From an uncultured Gammaproteobacteria bacterium (GTDB lineage Bacteria; Patescibacteriota; Patescibacteriia; Magasanikbacterales; GCA-002688135): 64,000 nucleotides of DNA. Below are positions 36,996-48,636 of the stretch, piece by piece (position 1 is the first letter of the stretch; every line of letters starts with the position of its first letter). Where the stretch lies: the NCBI GenBank assembly GCA_964536205.1, contig CAZHVT010000001.1, positions 69,944-133,943 on the forward strand. The letters run 5' to 3'. The notes under the pieces are model-generated. The model did not search any database, had not been told where the DNA came from, and saw only the letters and a list, made by a program, of their open reading frames with translations. The translations under genes were made by a program, and so were the position numbers.

Positions 36996-37430
36996 ATGAA
37001 GAAATTTTTATTTTCGTTTTTAGTGGGTGGTTTGATTCTTGCGCCAGGTGCTGTTTTTGCAGAAGAGCCAGAATGTCCGACAGGACAAGAAGGTCATGCG
37101 GCACAACTTTTGCTCAATAAAGCCGGATGTGAGGGTGGGTATAACACAAATCCGGAGGAGTCGAGCTTAACAGTGATTATTGCAAAGATGATTCGAAATG
37201 TATTTGCATTGCTTGGGATTTTAATGGTTGTGTATACGGTGTGGGCTGGATTTAAATGGATGACTGCTGCTGGAGATTCTGGTCAGGTTGATGAAGCAAA
37301 GAACATGCTGAAGAATGCTGTGATTGGGATGGCGATTATGTTGATGGCCTTTTCGATTGCGCAGTTTGTTGTGGGAAGTTTATCGAAATCGGTTAGCTCG
37401 AGTGGTGAGGTTGAAGCTGGTCAGCAGTAA
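36996..37430 (+). CDS. Pilin 9
   Basis: WAGFKWMTAAGD. Confidence 0.85.
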   Translation: MKKFLFSFLVGGLILAPGAVFAEEPECPTGQEGHAAQLLLNKAGCEGGYNTNPEESSLTVIIAKMIRNVFALLGILMVVYTVWAGFKWMTAAGDSGQVDEAKNMLKNAVIGMAIMLMAFSIAQFVVGSLSKSVSSSGEVEAGQQ

Positions 37431-37521
37431 TTTTTTTGAAACAAAATAAAAATCCCATCAACTTCGTGTTGTGGGATTTTTCATTCCGTAGAATTTTCAA
37501 TACTCAAGACTTCTTGTCTTT

Positions 37522-38214
37522 TTACCAACTGAACCGATCGAAACCGATTGATCGGTGTGGCCCGCGTGATCGCACGCGTCGTGGGCCGTACTTTTGGGTG
37601 GACTTACTAAGCACAGTGACCTGGCCGTTGTAAGCATTGATGGCATATTGCACCGCGTTAACGCGAATGCTGCCACCAAATCTTGTTGGCACCGTCCAGC
37701 ATGTTTCACCTGGCGGTAACAAACCCATTCCGTTGTACGTGGGGACTCCTCCAGGAAGGAGATGTCCTGTATCCACTTGTTCACCGATCACGACCAGCGA
37801 CTTCCCGTTGAGACGCAGTCCGATTGGACTACGCATTCCGTTTCTGATCGCAACCGTTTGAAACACGGGAACTCGTGACGGACGATCGAGAAAGCAAGGA
37901 AGTCTTTTCGCGGCAGCCGTTGTGACTCGCCGCGGCTGTTGCACGTTGCTGGTGCGAGGCGATGCCTTTCGTGAACGTTTGACTCGACGAGTCGTGCGCT
38001 TACGTTGGCGTGGTTTTTCCGGAGCTGCTTGTGGAGCAACTTGCGGAGCTGGCTTTGGACGATTTGCATCATCTGCCAGACGTCCGAAGTTTACCAACTC
38101 ATTTGCGAGCTGCCGATCGATCGTGCTGTTAGTTGCACGCTCTTGTTTTAGGTTGCCCTGGTTAGAGGCGCAACCCATTGTCATTGCTGTCAGAACAAAA
38201 ATGAACCGTTGCAT
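37522..38214 (-). CDS. Hypothetical basic lipoprotein
   Basis: MQRFIFVLTAMTMGC lipobox-like N-terminus; GAGGAG SD. Confidence 0.65.
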   Translation of the reverse strand: MQRFIFVLTAMTMGCASNQGNLKQERATNSTIDRQLANELVNFGRLADDANRPKPAPQVAPQAAPEKPRQRKRTTRRVKRSRKASPRTSNVQQPRRVTTAAAKRLPCFLDRPSRVPVFQTVAIRNGMRSPIGLRLNGKSLVVIGEQVDTGHLLPGGVPTYNGMGLLPPGETCWTVPTRFGGSIRVNAVQYAINAYNGQVTVLSKSTQKYGPRRVRSRGPHRSIGFDRFSW

Positions 38215-38224
38215 GGATTCTCCT

Positions 38225-38626
38225 CTAGTAGTTGTAGTAGCTTCCGTCGTTGAGCGTGTGAGGTGGTGGGGTGAATTGCCCCGCTCCCCATCCGTTCATT
38301 CCGACGTAGCCGCCGTATCCCAGGTTTGCTTGTTGAATGGCGAGTACGCAATCCGCATCGCCTTTGCGCAAACAATCGGCTAGAAGTTCTTGTCGCTGCA
38401 GCGCCGACATGGCGAAGATGCGACGAATTTCCAGATTTCCGAGTGCTCGCTCGCGACGCGTCTCTGCGTCAGTTGCGATTGCGTGAGCGCGCGCTGTTCG
38501 AATCGGTGACTCGAAAAAGCGACCCTCATACGAATAACCTTTCCCCTCCACTTTCGCGTGAGAGAAACAACCCATCCCGACGCCTGAAAGCGCGAGAATC
38601 AGAATCATTGAACTTACTCTGTACAT
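38225..38626 (-). CDS. Hypothetical lipoprotein
   Basis: LALSGVGMGC; GAGGAG SD; TTGACA(38733)-17bp-TAGTAT promoter. Confidence 0.65.
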   Translation of the reverse strand: MYRVSSMILILALSGVGMGCFSHAKVEGKGYSYEGRFFESPIRTARAHAIATDAETRRERALGNLEIRRIFAMSALQRQELLADCLRKGDADCVLAIQQANLGYGGYVGMNGWGAGQFTPPPHTLNDGSYYNY

Positions 38627-38816
38627 GCTATCTCCTCTTTTTGACTCAAATTAGTGAAATGTTCGGATCTCATGAGGTACAAGTCCCCATTTACGAGATA
38701 ATTTATACTACCACAAAAAAGCCGTTTTGTCAAGATACTTGCGTCTGTATTTAATGTAATTTTGGTGTATTTCTCTCATTTTACGGGTTCTGGGATGTAT
38801 GGTTGTAGGCAACAGA

Positions 38817-38960
38817 TTAGTATCTAGTATCTAGTATTTTGCGAAGTAGTTAGCATGTCATCCCGGCGCAGGCCGGGATCCATTGTATGTGGTAGACATG
38901 GATCCCGGCCTGCGCCGGGATGACGTTCTATTAACTAAACCGCATACAAGATACTAGATA
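38817..38960. repeat. GTCAT REP dimer nested in family D heptamer arms (TAGTATC ... GATACTA)
   Basis: GTCATCCCGGCGCAGGCCGGGATCCA..TGGATCCCGGCCTGCGCCGGGATGAC (38857-38924); family D also at 27352-27498. Confidence 0.8.
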
Positions 38961-39032
38961 CATCATCCGGCTGTCACCATATGTGAATCCGCGCTATAAT
39001 AAGAGACAAGGAAAAGCTCAATAGAAAGAAGG

Positions 39033-40292
39033 ATGGGAAATCAAGCTCAAACAAAATTACGAGAGGCGGTTCGAAGTGTGACATATGCACGACGAAAACG
39101 TCTTTCTCGTTTTCGGGAATTTGAAACTGCTGTGCAAGCAGATATTTTGAAACATGTTTCGAAGAAGATGGCATGTTTTTTGGTTCGTCGAATGAGTTTG
39201 AAGGAGCTTGATGCTGTGTTGTCATTTTATGATCCTGATCAGGTGACGCGGTTGTTGCGATGTGTTCCGAAGCGTCGTCAGCAAACTTTGATAAAGAAAA
39301 TGAATCGTCATGTACAATCTCAAGTTGAATTGTTGTTGAATTTTTCATCGCATACTGCGGCTGGAATGATGAGTGTTGATTATGTAATGGTTGATCCGGA
39401 AAGTCATTTTAAGGAAGTGTTTGCGCGGGTTAAGGAGCACGAGAGAAAAACGGGGCGTGTTCCGACGGTGTTGGTTGAGGATCATAATACATTGATTGGC
39501 GGTTTGCGTTTTGTTGATATTGCGATTGAATCTGGTCGAAAAAGGATTGGTAATTATATTAAGAAAGTTCCGACGATTTCGTATGATGCGAATTCTGCGC
39601 AAGTTATTTCAAAATTTGAGCATAACCCTCATAAGCAGGTTGTGGTTTTGGGAGATGAGGGGCAGGTTTTGGGTGTGATTTATTCTGATGATATTATTCG
39701 ATTGTTGCGTGCGCAGCGTGCGTCAGATTTGTATGATTTTGCGAATGTTGACCCAGAAGAGGATCCGCTTGATCCGTGGTGGAAGAAAGTGAGTTATCGA
39801 TGGCCGTGGTTGGTGATTAATTTAGGAACTGGATTTTTGGCTGCGGCGGTGGTGAGCGCGTTTCAAGATACGATTCAAGCGTTTGTGTTGCTGGCGGTGT
39901 ATATGCCGATTGTTGCGGGGATGGGGGGAAATGCTGGAACGCAGAGTTTGGTGGTGACGGTGCGGGGGATTACATTGCGGGTTGTTGAATTAAAAACAGG
40001 ATTTCGTTTGATTTTTCGTGAGGTTATGGCAGGCGCAGTTAATGGTTTGATTGTTGGTGTGATTGCGACTGCGGTTGCTGTGATTTGGAACAAATCTCCG
40101 ATGTTTGGATTGGTTTTGGGTATTTCAATGGTTTTGAATTTAATGATTGCTGGTTTTTTTGGAGCGTTTGTTCCTTTGTTAATGAAACGGTTAGGAAAAG
40201 ACCCTGCAACTAGTGCGACGATTTTTATTACTACAGCTACGGATGTGTTTGGATTTTTAGCTTTCTTGGGATTAGCAGCTGCGATATTGTAG
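39033..40292 (+). CDS. mgtE: Magnesium transporter MgtE
   Basis: TAAGMMS CBS pair, RWPWL, PIVAGMGGNAGTQ, DPA..FITTATD. Confidence 0.93.
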   Translation: MGNQAQTKLREAVRSVTYARRKRLSRFREFETAVQADILKHVSKKMACFLVRRMSLKELDAVLSFYDPDQVTRLLRCVPKRRQQTLIKKMNRHVQSQVELLLNFSSHTAAGMMSVDYVMVDPESHFKEVFARVKEHERKTGRVPTVLVEDHNTLIGGLRFVDIAIESGRKRIGNYIKKVPTISYDANSAQVISKFEHNPHKQVVVLGDEGQVLGVIYSDDIIRLLRAQRASDLYDFANVDPEEDPLDPWWKKVSYRWPWLVINLGTGFLAAAVVSAFQDTIQAFVLLAVYMPIVAGMGGNAGTQSLVVTVRGITLRVVELKTGFRLIFREVMAGAVNGLIVGVIATAVAVIWNKSPMFGLVLGISMVLNLMIAGFFGAFVPLLMKRLGKDPATSATIFITTATDVFGFLAFLGLAAAIL

Positions 40293-40995
40293 ATTGTGTG
40301 GATAACATATAATGCTTGTGAATTGCATTATTTTTTTATTCGGTATTAGTATTATTATAGAACTAAAATTAGTTGAATAATTGTTCACTTGACAGTTTCA
40401 GGGGAATCCATTATTTGCTTGACAGATGCTAAAAATTCGTGTTATATTAGTTTTGCTACTGGTATGAGATGTCATATCAGACCAATTCTTCTCAATTGAG
40501 CTGTTTTTGCTGGCAATCGCTAGAAAGGCTTGCCGCATAATGGCTAGAGGCTGAAATGAAATATCGTTCCATGTGAAATTAGCTCTTTTTTCCTCAATTA
40601 TCCTCAAAACTCCTTGACGATACACCTGTATCGACGCGGCGTTTGTTCGTATAATATGAGAAAAAAAATTCAAAATTTCACAAAGAAACGACATTCCACT
40701 TCAACCTCTATGTGTACCCATCACATGCAAATTGTATCAATCGCAAACTTAAATTAACGAAACACCTTGATTCATTCGGGTGCTTTTTTTGTTGTGTGTG
40801 GAGAGTGTGCGATGCGGTTCAATCAGCTTAAATGAGAGGAAAAATGTTTTTGAAATTATATTATCATTGTTGTCAGCTTGTAGCTGGTAGCTTGTGGCTT
40901 GTAGGGAATGTGTCGCCAAGGCGACGATCTATATGTCAAACATTGTTTGACTCATTTCTAAAAGCTAAAAGCTAAAAGCTAAAAGCTAACTGTGT

Positions 40996-43900
40996 ATGCC
41001 CCACTACAAACGACGCGAAGCGACGGAACCACGTCGATACTTCACAGATACATTTGATCTGCCATTGCCAGATCTCACACAAATGCAGAAGGATTCTTAT
41101 GAATGGTTTTTGCGAGAGGGAATTGGCGATCTTTTTGAGGAGCTTTCTCCGATTGTTGATTATTCGGGTGAATTGAACCTTAACATGGTGAATTATTTTA
41201 TTGATGAACCAAAATTTGATGAATATACATGTCGCGAGAAAAATGTGACATATGAGGCGCCAATTCGTGTACAGACACAATTGAAAAATTCACGAACGGG
41301 TGAAGTGAAAGAACAAGAGGTTTTCTTGGGCGATATTCCTTTGATGACAAAGCGGGGCACGTTTGTCATTAATGGAGTTGAGCGTGTGGTGGTTTCTCAA
41401 ATCATTCGTTCTCCTGGTGCGTTCTTCACGGCGAAGTTGGCTCGAGGGCGAAAATATTATGGTGCGAAAATTATTCCAAATCGTGGAGCATGGATTGAGA
41501 TTGAAACAGATTTGCATAACATTATTTGGGTGAAGGTTGATCGAAAACGAAAAGCGCCAATTACAACATTGTTGCGAGCGTTTGGATATGAAACCGATGA
41601 TGAGATTCGTGAGTTATTTCGGGAGGTGAACAATCATCCTCAAATTAATTATATTGAAAATTGTTTGGCGAAGGATGCTGCAGCAAATTCAGATGAGGCG
41701 ATGATTGAGATTTACAAGCGTATTCGTCCGGGTGATTTGGCAACAGTTGATAATGCTCGAAGTTTGATTGAATCAATGTTTTTCAATTTTGATCGATATG
41801 ATTTGGGGCCGGTTGGACGATATAAATATAATGAACGTTTTGGATTGCCACATAGTGAGGAATCTGAATCAAAGGAAAATCGAATTTTGACGAAGGAAGA
41901 TGTTGCGCGGATTGTGCATGAGGTGATTCGATTGAGTGTGAATCAGTTGGAGCCGGATGATATTGATCATTTGGGAAATCGACGTATTAAAGCGATTGGT
42001 GAGTTGGTGCAAAATCGATTCAGAATTGGTTTGGCTCGTATGGAGAGAATTGTTCGTGATCGAATGAGTACGTATGATCCATCAACCATGACGTCATCTC
42101 GTTTGATTAATGCGCGTCCGATGATTGGTGCGATTCGAGAGTTTTTTATGAGTTCGCAGTTGTCGCAGTTTATGGATCAGACAAATCCTTTGGCGGAGTT
42201 GGAGCATAAACGAAGAATTTCTGCGATGGGACCGGGTGGACTTTCTCGTGATCGTGCGGGGTTTGAGGTTCGTGATGTGCACCCAACTCATTACGGTCGT
42301 ATTTGTCCGATTCAAACTCCTGAGGGACCAAATATTGGATTGGTGGGGCATTTATCTTCGTATTCTCGTATTAATCAATATGGATTTTTGGAAACGCCGT
42401 ATCGAAAAGTTTTAAAAGAGGTTGCAAATGATGGAAAGGCTGCGGTTGGAGAGATTGCGCGTGGTGATCAGTCTGGTGTAAAGGATGGAGAAAAGATCAC
42501 CAAAGAACATGCAGCTGCGTTGAAATCTGGTGGTGCTGAACATGTGAAGGTGAAACCTCGTGTGACAACAGAAATTGATTATTTGAATGCGTTTGAAGAA
42601 GGAAAGGTTGTTACGACGGCGGTTGTGAAAGAGGTTGATGCTGATGGGTACTTCTTGGAAGACAAAGTTGAGTTGCGAGATAAGCAGGAGCCGGGATTTG
42701 ATAGTGTTGAGAAAGTTGATTATGTGGATGTTTCTTCAAAGCAGGTTGTATCGATTGCAACGAGTTTGATTCCGTTTTTGGAGCATGATGATGCGTCTCG
42801 TGCGCTCATGGGATCGAACATGCAACGGCAGGCTGTGCCTTTGATTGCGCCTGAAGCTCCTATTGTGGGAACTGGTGTTGAGGAACATGTGGCTCGAAAT
42901 TCTGGGCACATGATTTTGGCATCTGAAGATGGAGAGATTACAAAAGTTGGTGCAAACATTGTTGAACTTACCGGAAAATCTGGAGAGGTTCATACATATC
43001 GTGTGAATCGTTATTTGAAATCAAATAGTTCATCAGCGATTAATCAGAGAATCTTAGTTACAACTGGTGATAAAGTTAAAAAAGGTGATGTGCTTTCAGA
43101 TGGGCCATCGACTGATAAGGGTGAAATTGCATTAGGAAAAAATGTGTTAGTTGCCTACATGGTGTGGGATGGATTTAATTATGAGGATGCGATTATTGTT
43201 TCGGATCGATTGGTGAAGGATGATGTGTTTACGTCGGTGCATATTGAACAACACACATGTACGGTTCGTGAAACGAAGTTGGGGCCAGAATTGATTACAT
43301 CAGATATTCCAAATGTTTCAGAAGAGAAATTGAAGAATTTGGATCATGAGGGTGTGATTCGAGTTGGTGCGGAGGTTTCAATGGGAGATATTCTTGTCGG
43401 AAAAATTACGCCAAAGGGTGAAACAGAATTGTCAGCTGAAGAGAAACTGTTGCGTGCGATTTTCGGTGAGAAAGCTCGTGATGTTCGTGATACATCTTTA
43501 TCACTTGAACACGGAGAGCATGGAAAGGTTATTGATATCAAAGTGTTCTCGGCTGAAAATGGAGATAAACTTTCGCCCGGAGTTATTAAATCAGTTCAGG
43601 TAAGTGTTGCAGATCTGCGAAAGATTCAAGTGGGAGATAAAATGGCGGGGCGTCATGGAAATAAGGGTGTGGTATCGAAGATTGTTCCACAAGAAGATAT
43701 GCCATTTTTAGAAGATGGTACGCCGGTTGATATTATTTTGTCGCCGTTGGGTGTTATTTCTCGTATGAACTTGGGGCAGTTGCTCGAAACTCATTTGGGA
43801 TTGGCGGCCAATGCGATGCAATATACGGCAGCAACTCCTGTCTTGAATGGTGTGTCGGTTCCACAAATTAAAGAACAGTTGCGAGAGGCAGGATTCTCTG

Positions 43901-44427
43901 ATGATGGAAAATCTCAATTGTATGATGGAAAAACTGGTAAGCCATTTGATCATGTTACTACAGTTGGGTGGGTGTACATGTTGAAATTGGTGCATATGGT
44001 TGAAGATAAATTGCATCAACGTTCAATTGGGCCGTACTCATTGATTACACAGCAGCCGCTTGGTGGTAAGGCGCAGTTTGGTGGGCAGCGATTTGGAGAG
44101 ATGGAGGTGTGGGCGCTTGAGGCGTATGGTGCTGGTCACATGTTACAAGAAATTTTGACGATTAAGTCTGACGATATTCCAGGTCGGTCGAAGGCTTTTG
44201 AATCTATTATTAAAGGTGAGCCAATTGTGAAGCGAAATATTCCTGAATCATTTCAGGTGTTGCTTCGTGAGTTGAAGGGGTTGTGTTTGGATGTTTCATT
44301 AATGCGCAAGAATGAAGCTGGCGCATTTGATGTGATTTCACAAAGCACGAAGCCGGATCCAGAGAAAGGTGCTCCGCCACCACCTGTTCGTTCACCTCGA
44401 ACGAGGGTTAAAAATATTGATAGATAA
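40996..44427 (+). CDS. rpoB: RNA polymerase beta subunit
   Basis: GTFVINGVERVVVSQ, SQFMDQTNPL, GDKMAGRHGNKG, GGQRFGEMEVWALEAYG. Confidence 0.99.
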   Translation: MPHYKRREATEPRRYFTDTFDLPLPDLTQMQKDSYEWFLREGIGDLFEELSPIVDYSGELNLNMVNYFIDEPKFDEYTCREKNVTYEAPIRVQTQLKNSRTGEVKEQEVFLGDIPLMTKRGTFVINGVERVVVSQIIRSPGAFFTAKLARGRKYYGAKIIPNRGAWIEIETDLHNIIWVKVDRKRKAPITTLLRAFGYETDDEIRELFREVNNHPQINYIENCLAKDAAANSDEAMIEIYKRIRPGDLATVDNARSLIESMFFNFDRYDLGPVGRYKYNERFGLPHSEESESKENRILTKEDVARIVHEVIRLSVNQLEPDDIDHLGNRRIKAIGELVQNRFRIGLARMERIVRDRMSTYDPSTMTSSRLINARPMIGAIREFFMSSQLSQFMDQTNPLAELEHKRRISAMGPGGLSRDRAGFEVRDVHPTHYGRICPIQTPEGPNIGLVGHLSSYSRINQYGFLETPYRKVLKEVANDGKAAVGEIARGDQSGVKDGEKITKEHAAALKSGGAEHVKVKPRVTTEIDYLNAFEEGKVVTTAVVKEVDADGYFLEDKVELRDKQEPGFDSVEKVDYVDVSSKQVVSIATSLIPFLEHDDASRALMGSNMQRQAVPLIAPEAPIVGTGVEEHVARNSGHMILASEDGEITKVGANIVELTGKSGEVHTYRVNRYLKSNSSSAINQRILVTTGDKVKKGDVLSDGPSTDKGEIALGKNVLVAYMVWDGFNYEDAIIVSDRLVKDDVFTSVHIEQHTCTVRETKLGPELITSDIPNVSEEKLKNLDHEGVIRVGAEVSMGDILVGKITPKGETELSAEEKLLRAIFGEKARDVRDTSLSLEHGEHGKVIDIKVFSAENGDKLSPGVIKSVQVSVADLRKIQVGDKMAGRHGNKGVVSKIVPQEDMPFLEDGTPVDIILSPLGVISRMNLGQLLETHLGLAANAMQYTAATPVLNGVSVPQIKEQLREAGFSDDGKSQLYDGKTGKPFDHVTTVGWVYMLKLVHMVEDKLHQRSIGPYSLITQQPLGGKAQFGGQRFGEMEVWALEAYGAGHMLQEILTIKSDDIPGRSKAFESIIKGEPIVKRNIPESFQVLLRELKGLCLDVSLMRKNEAGAFDVISQSTKPDPEKGAPPPPVRSPRTRVKNIDR

Positions 44428-44495
44428 AGCGATTAGCGTTTAGCGTTTAGCGATTAGTCTAAACGAAAACTAAACGCTTTACGCTAAACGCTCAA
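44428..44495. repeat. Family A heptamer hairpin (rpoB-rpoC gap)
   Basis: AGCGATTAGCGTTTAGCGTTTAGCGATTAG...CTAAACGCTTTACGCTAAACGCT. Confidence 0.85.
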
Positions 44496-44501
44496 AAAAA
44501 T

Positions 44502-47500
44502 ATGTTTAATCAACCATTAGCAGATTTCGACGCACTAAAGATCGAGCTCGCCTCTCCGGAGACGATCAAAGATTGGTCTTTTGGTGAAGTCATGAAACCT
44601 GAAACAATTAATTATCGTACACAGAAACCTGAAAAGGGTGGTTTGTTTGCGGAAGAAATTTTTGGTCCTACAAAGGATTGGGAATGTTATTGTGGAAAAT
44701 ATCGTAAGATTCGTTATAAAGGAATTGTGTGTGATAAGTGTGGTGTTGAGGTGACACATTCTTTGGTGCGACGTGAACGAATGGCACATATTGAATTGGC
44801 TGCGCCTGTGTCACATATTTGGTTCTTGCGTTCTATTCCATCAAAATTGGGATTGATTCTCGACATGTCTATGCAGAATGTTGAGAAGGTGATTTATTTT
44901 GCCATGTTTGTGATTACTGATGTTGATAAAGATTTGAAGGCTGCGACATATGAGCAATTGAAATCAGAATATAAAGGAAAGAAAAAACAAATTGAGAATG
45001 ATTTGAAACGAAAGTTGGATCAATTGGAAAAAGGTGAGGCGAAATATACAAAAGCTGAAGCTGAAGAAGAGGGTGAGCGAAAGATGGAATCTTTGGATGA
45101 GGAATTTGCAGAAGCTGATGCAGCGTTGAAGTTGATTGAGCCGTTGCGATTGATTACTGAACATCAATATCAGGAGATGTCATTGCAGTATGGTCATTTG
45201 TTTGATGCGGCTGTTGGTGCAGAGGCGATTCATATGTTGTTGTCTCGTATGGATGTTGATGGAACGATTAAACAATTGGAAGAAGCTTTGAAAACTGCTC
45301 CGAAAAGTAAGAAGCAGCGAATGGTTCGACGTACGCAATTGTTGAAAGGATTGCATCGTCAAGGGATTAAACCTGAATGGATGATTTTGACGGTTGTGCC
45401 GGTGATTCCACCAGATTTGCGTCCGATGGTTGCTTTGGATGGAGGGCGTTATGCGACATCTGATGTGAATGATTTGTATCGTCGTGTGATTAATCGAAAT
45501 AATCGTTTGAAGCGATTGAGAGATTTGAATGCGCCGGAAATTATTGTTCGAAATGAGAAACGAATGTTGCAAGAAGCTGCTGATGCGTTGATTGATAATT
45601 CTGCGCGTCATACAAAAACTGTGACAAATCCTGCGGGAAATCGTCGACAGTTGAGAAGTTTGGCAGATACATTGAAAGGAAAGCAGGGTCGTTTCCGATC
45701 AAACTTGCTTGGTAAGCGAACTGATTATTCTGGACGTTCGGTTATTGTGGTTGGTCCATATATGAAGATTGATGAATGTGGAATTCCAAAACGAATGGCT
45801 TTGGAGCTGTTCAAACCGTTTATCATGAGCAAAATTATTAATCGAGGGATTGCACATAATATTCGAAGTGCAAGCAAGGTAATTGAATCTGAACGTCCTG
45901 AAGTTTGGGATATTTTGGAAGAGGTTACGAAGACTCGATACGTGTTGCTTAACCGTGCGCCAACACTTCATCGTTTGGGTATTCAAGCTTTCCGTCCTCG
46001 TTTGATTGAGGGTAAAGCTATTCAGTTGCATCCATTGGTATGTACCGCGTTTAATGCGGATTTTGATGGAGATCAAATGGCGGTGCATGTTCCGTTGACT
46101 GAAGAAGCAAAATGGGAAGCGGAGAATTTGATGAGTGCGGCGAAAAATTTATTGCGTCCAGCAAATGGTACGCCGATTGTGACACCGAAACAGGATATTG
46201 CGTTGGGATCATTTTATCTCACGAGTTGTGTTGATGAAGATAAGGATGATAAAGAATGTAAGCGTTTTTCAAGCGAGAAAGAAGCTTTGATGGCTTATGA
46301 AGTTGGTAAGATTGGATTGCAAGAGAAAATTGGTGTGCGATTCTTGGATCGTTCTCGATTTACCGATGATCAGCCGGCAGTTGTTATGACTACTGTTGGT
46401 CGAGTTATCTTCAATGGTATTTTAACGAATGCATTTCCTTACTATAACCACGCGATTACATCAAAAGGTTTGGGCGATGTGATTCATTATGCGATTGAGA
46501 CTGTCGGTCATGAATTAGCTGTTGATGTTTTGGATGGCGTAAAGGAATTAGGATTTAAATATGTGACAAAATCTGGACATTCACTTTCAATGGATGACTT
46601 TATGGTTGTTCCTGATAAAGCTGAATTGATTGCAGAGGGTAATGGTCGTGTTGATGAGATTGAAGAACAGTATGATGAAGGTTTATTAACTTCTGGTGAA
46701 CGACATATTAAGATTATTGAGGTCTGGGATGAGATTAAAAAACGTATTGTGAAGAATGTGCGTAATCAGGTTCCTGTTGAGGGTGCGGTGTATGGAATGA
46801 TTGAGTCTGGTGCTCGTGGAACGTGGGGGCAGTTGACGCAGGTGGTTGGTATGAAAGGTTTGGTGTCTAATCCTGCTGGTGACATTATTGAGTTGCCGGT
46901 GAAAGGAAGTTTTAAAGAGGGGTTTGAGGTGATTGAGTTTTTCATCTCGACTCATGGTTCTCGAAAAGGTTTGACTGATACTGCTTTGCGTACGGCGAAT
47001 GCGGGATATCTGACACGTCGTTTGGTTGATGTGTCACAGGATATTGTCATCCGCGCTGATGATTGTGGAGATGAAGATGGAATTACGCTGTCTAGCGAAG
47101 AATCAGATATGATGGGTGAGAAATTGTCATCTCGAATTTGGGGACGATATATTATTGATCCAATTAAGGATGGTCGAAAGACTATTGTGAAAGCTGATAC
47201 ATTGATTGATGAGGAATTGAAATTGAAATTAGCGAATGTGGAAATTCCGGAAGTTCGGTATCGATCAATTTTGACATGTAAGATGAATAAGGGTGTGTGT
47301 AAGAAATGTTATGGATTTGATCACTCGAAAAATCAGTTAGTTGATACAGGAACTGCAGTTGGAATTATTGCGGCGCAATCAATTGGTGAGCCGGGAACAC
47401 AGTTGACTATGAGAACTTTCCATACGGGTGGTGTGGCTGGTGGAACAGATATTACGCGTGGTTTGCCTCGTGTTGAGGAATTGTTTGAGGCTCGTAATCC

Positions 47501-48554
47501 GAAACATCGTGCGTTTGTTGCAGATGTTGCGGGGAAAGTTACGGTTGAGACAATTGACCGTCGTGTGATTGAGGGTCCTGATGGAAAACGAATTTTGGAA
47601 GGAAAAGCTGGTCAGCGTATTATCCGCATTACGTATAATGATACACTTCGCGATGAATTTAAATTATTGAAATCTGATAATTTGTTGATCAAAGAAGGTG
47701 ATGTTGTGAAGAAGGGTGCGGCGTTAATGGAACATAAAGATGGTTCAACGGAAATTGCGGAGCACACAGGAATTGTAACTGAAGAAAAATCTAAGGCGGT
47801 TATCACATATGAAGGGCCTTGTGTGAAGGAGTATGTGATTCCTGCGGGATATAAGATTTTGGTTGAGGATGGTCAGGATGCGATGGCCGGTGATGCGCTT
47901 ACGTCTGGTTCAATTGAGTTGCAGCAGTTGTTTGAACTGAAGGGCGAGTATCCAGCTGCGAAATATATCTTGAAAGAAATTCAATCAATTTATACTGGGC
48001 AAGGTCAGAAATTGCGAGATAAGCATGTTGAGGTGATTATTCGTCAGATGTTTTCACGTTTGTATATTGAGGATACGGGTGATACAGAATTTTTGCCGGG
48101 TGATGTGGTTGAGCGTGCGCAGTTTAATATTGAGAATGATCGTGTTAAGGCAGCTAAGGGTGAGTTGGCGATTGGAAAACCTTTGTTCTTGGGAATTTCT
48201 AAGGTGTCGCTTTCAACGCAGAGTTTGTTGTCTGCTGCATCCTTTCAGGAAACTGCAAAGGTGTTGATTGGTGCGGCGGTTTCAGGGAAAGTTGATACAC
48301 TTGATGGGTTAAAAGAAAATGTGATTATCGGACGCTTGATTCCTGCGGGAACAGGTTATGATGGATCACCATTGAAAGATCGGTTAGATGAGAAAATGCA
48401 GGAGATGCGTGAGGAGCGTTCTCGGATTGCAGCTGAAGAAGAGGCTGCGCGGCGTGCTGCGATGGAGGCGGAGATGGGGGAAGAAGATGAAGGTGGTGAT
48501 AGTGATGCTCCTGCTGAAGTTGCGGTTGAGAGTGATGGTGGGGCGGGGTTGTAG
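44502..48554 (+). CDS. rpoC: RNA polymerase beta' subunit
   Basis: Zn finger [35 protein letters not shown]. Confidence 0.99.
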   Translation: MFNQPLADFDALKIELASPETIKDWSFGEVMKPETINYRTQKPEKGGLFAEEIFGPTKDWECYCGKYRKIRYKGIVCDKCGVEVTHSLVRRERMAHIELAAPVSHIWFLRSIPSKLGLILDMSMQNVEKVIYFAMFVITDVDKDLKAATYEQLKSEYKGKKKQIENDLKRKLDQLEKGEAKYTKAEAEEEGERKMESLDEEFAEADAALKLIEPLRLITEHQYQEMSLQYGHLFDAAVGAEAIHMLLSRMDVDGTIKQLEEALKTAPKSKKQRMVRRTQLLKGLHRQGIKPEWMILTVVPVIPPDLRPMVALDGGRYATSDVNDLYRRVINRNNRLKRLRDLNAPEIIVRNEKRMLQEAADALIDNSARHTKTVTNPAGNRRQLRSLADTLKGKQGRFRSNLLGKRTDYSGRSVIVVGPYMKIDECGIPKRMALELFKPFIMSKIINRGIAHNIRSASKVIESERPEVWDILEEVTKTRYVLLNRAPTLHRLGIQAFRPRLIEGKAIQLHPLVCTAFNADFDGDQMAVHVPLTEEAKWEAENLMSAAKNLLRPANGTPIVTPKQDIALGSFYLTSCVDEDKDDKECKRFSSEKEALMAYEVGKIGLQEKIGVRFLDRSRFTDDQPAVVMTTVGRVIFNGILTNAFPYYNHAITSKGLGDVIHYAIETVGHELAVDVLDGVKELGFKYVTKSGHSLSMDDFMVVPDKAELIAEGNGRVDEIEEQYDEGLLTSGERHIKIIEVWDEIKKRIVKNVRNQVPVEGAVYGMIESGARGTWGQLTQVVGMKGLVSNPAGDIIELPVKGSFKEGFEVIEFFISTHGSRKGLTDTALRTANAGYLTRRLVDVSQDIVIRADDCGDEDGITLSSEESDMMGEKLSSRIWGRYIIDPIKDGRKTIVKADTLIDEELKLKLANVEIPEVRYRSILTCKMNKGVCKKCYGFDHSKNQLVDTGTAVGIIAAQSIGEPGTQLTMRTFHTGGVAGGTDITRGLPRVEELFEARNPKHRAFVADVAGKVTVETIDRRVIEGPDGKRILEGKAGQRIIRITYNDTLRDEFKLLKSDNLLIKEGDVVKKGAALMEHKDGSTEIAEHTGIVTEEKSKAVITYEGPCVKEYVIPAGYKILVEDGQDAMAGDALTSGSIELQQLFELKGEYPAAKYILKEIQSIYTGQGQKLRDKHVEVIIRQMFSRLYIEDTGDTEFLPGDVVERAQFNIENDRVKAAKGELAIGKPLFLGISKVSLSTQSLLSAASFQETAKVLIGAAVSGKVDTLDGLKENVIIGRLIPAGTGYDGSPLKDRLDEKMQEMREERSRIAAEEEAARRAAMEAEMGEEDEGGDSDAPAEVAVESDGGAGL

Positions 48555-48636
48555 TAGGCAGCAGGCAGCAGAAAAACGGGCTTTGCCCGTTTTTTGTTTA
48601 TTTGGTAAGGTTCAATACTATAGGTAACATATTTGT

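Noticed and set aside
40996-48554. Inteins or introns in rpoB, rpoC or recA
   Set aside because: Lengths are ordinary, and no intein terminal motifs or frame breaks were seen.
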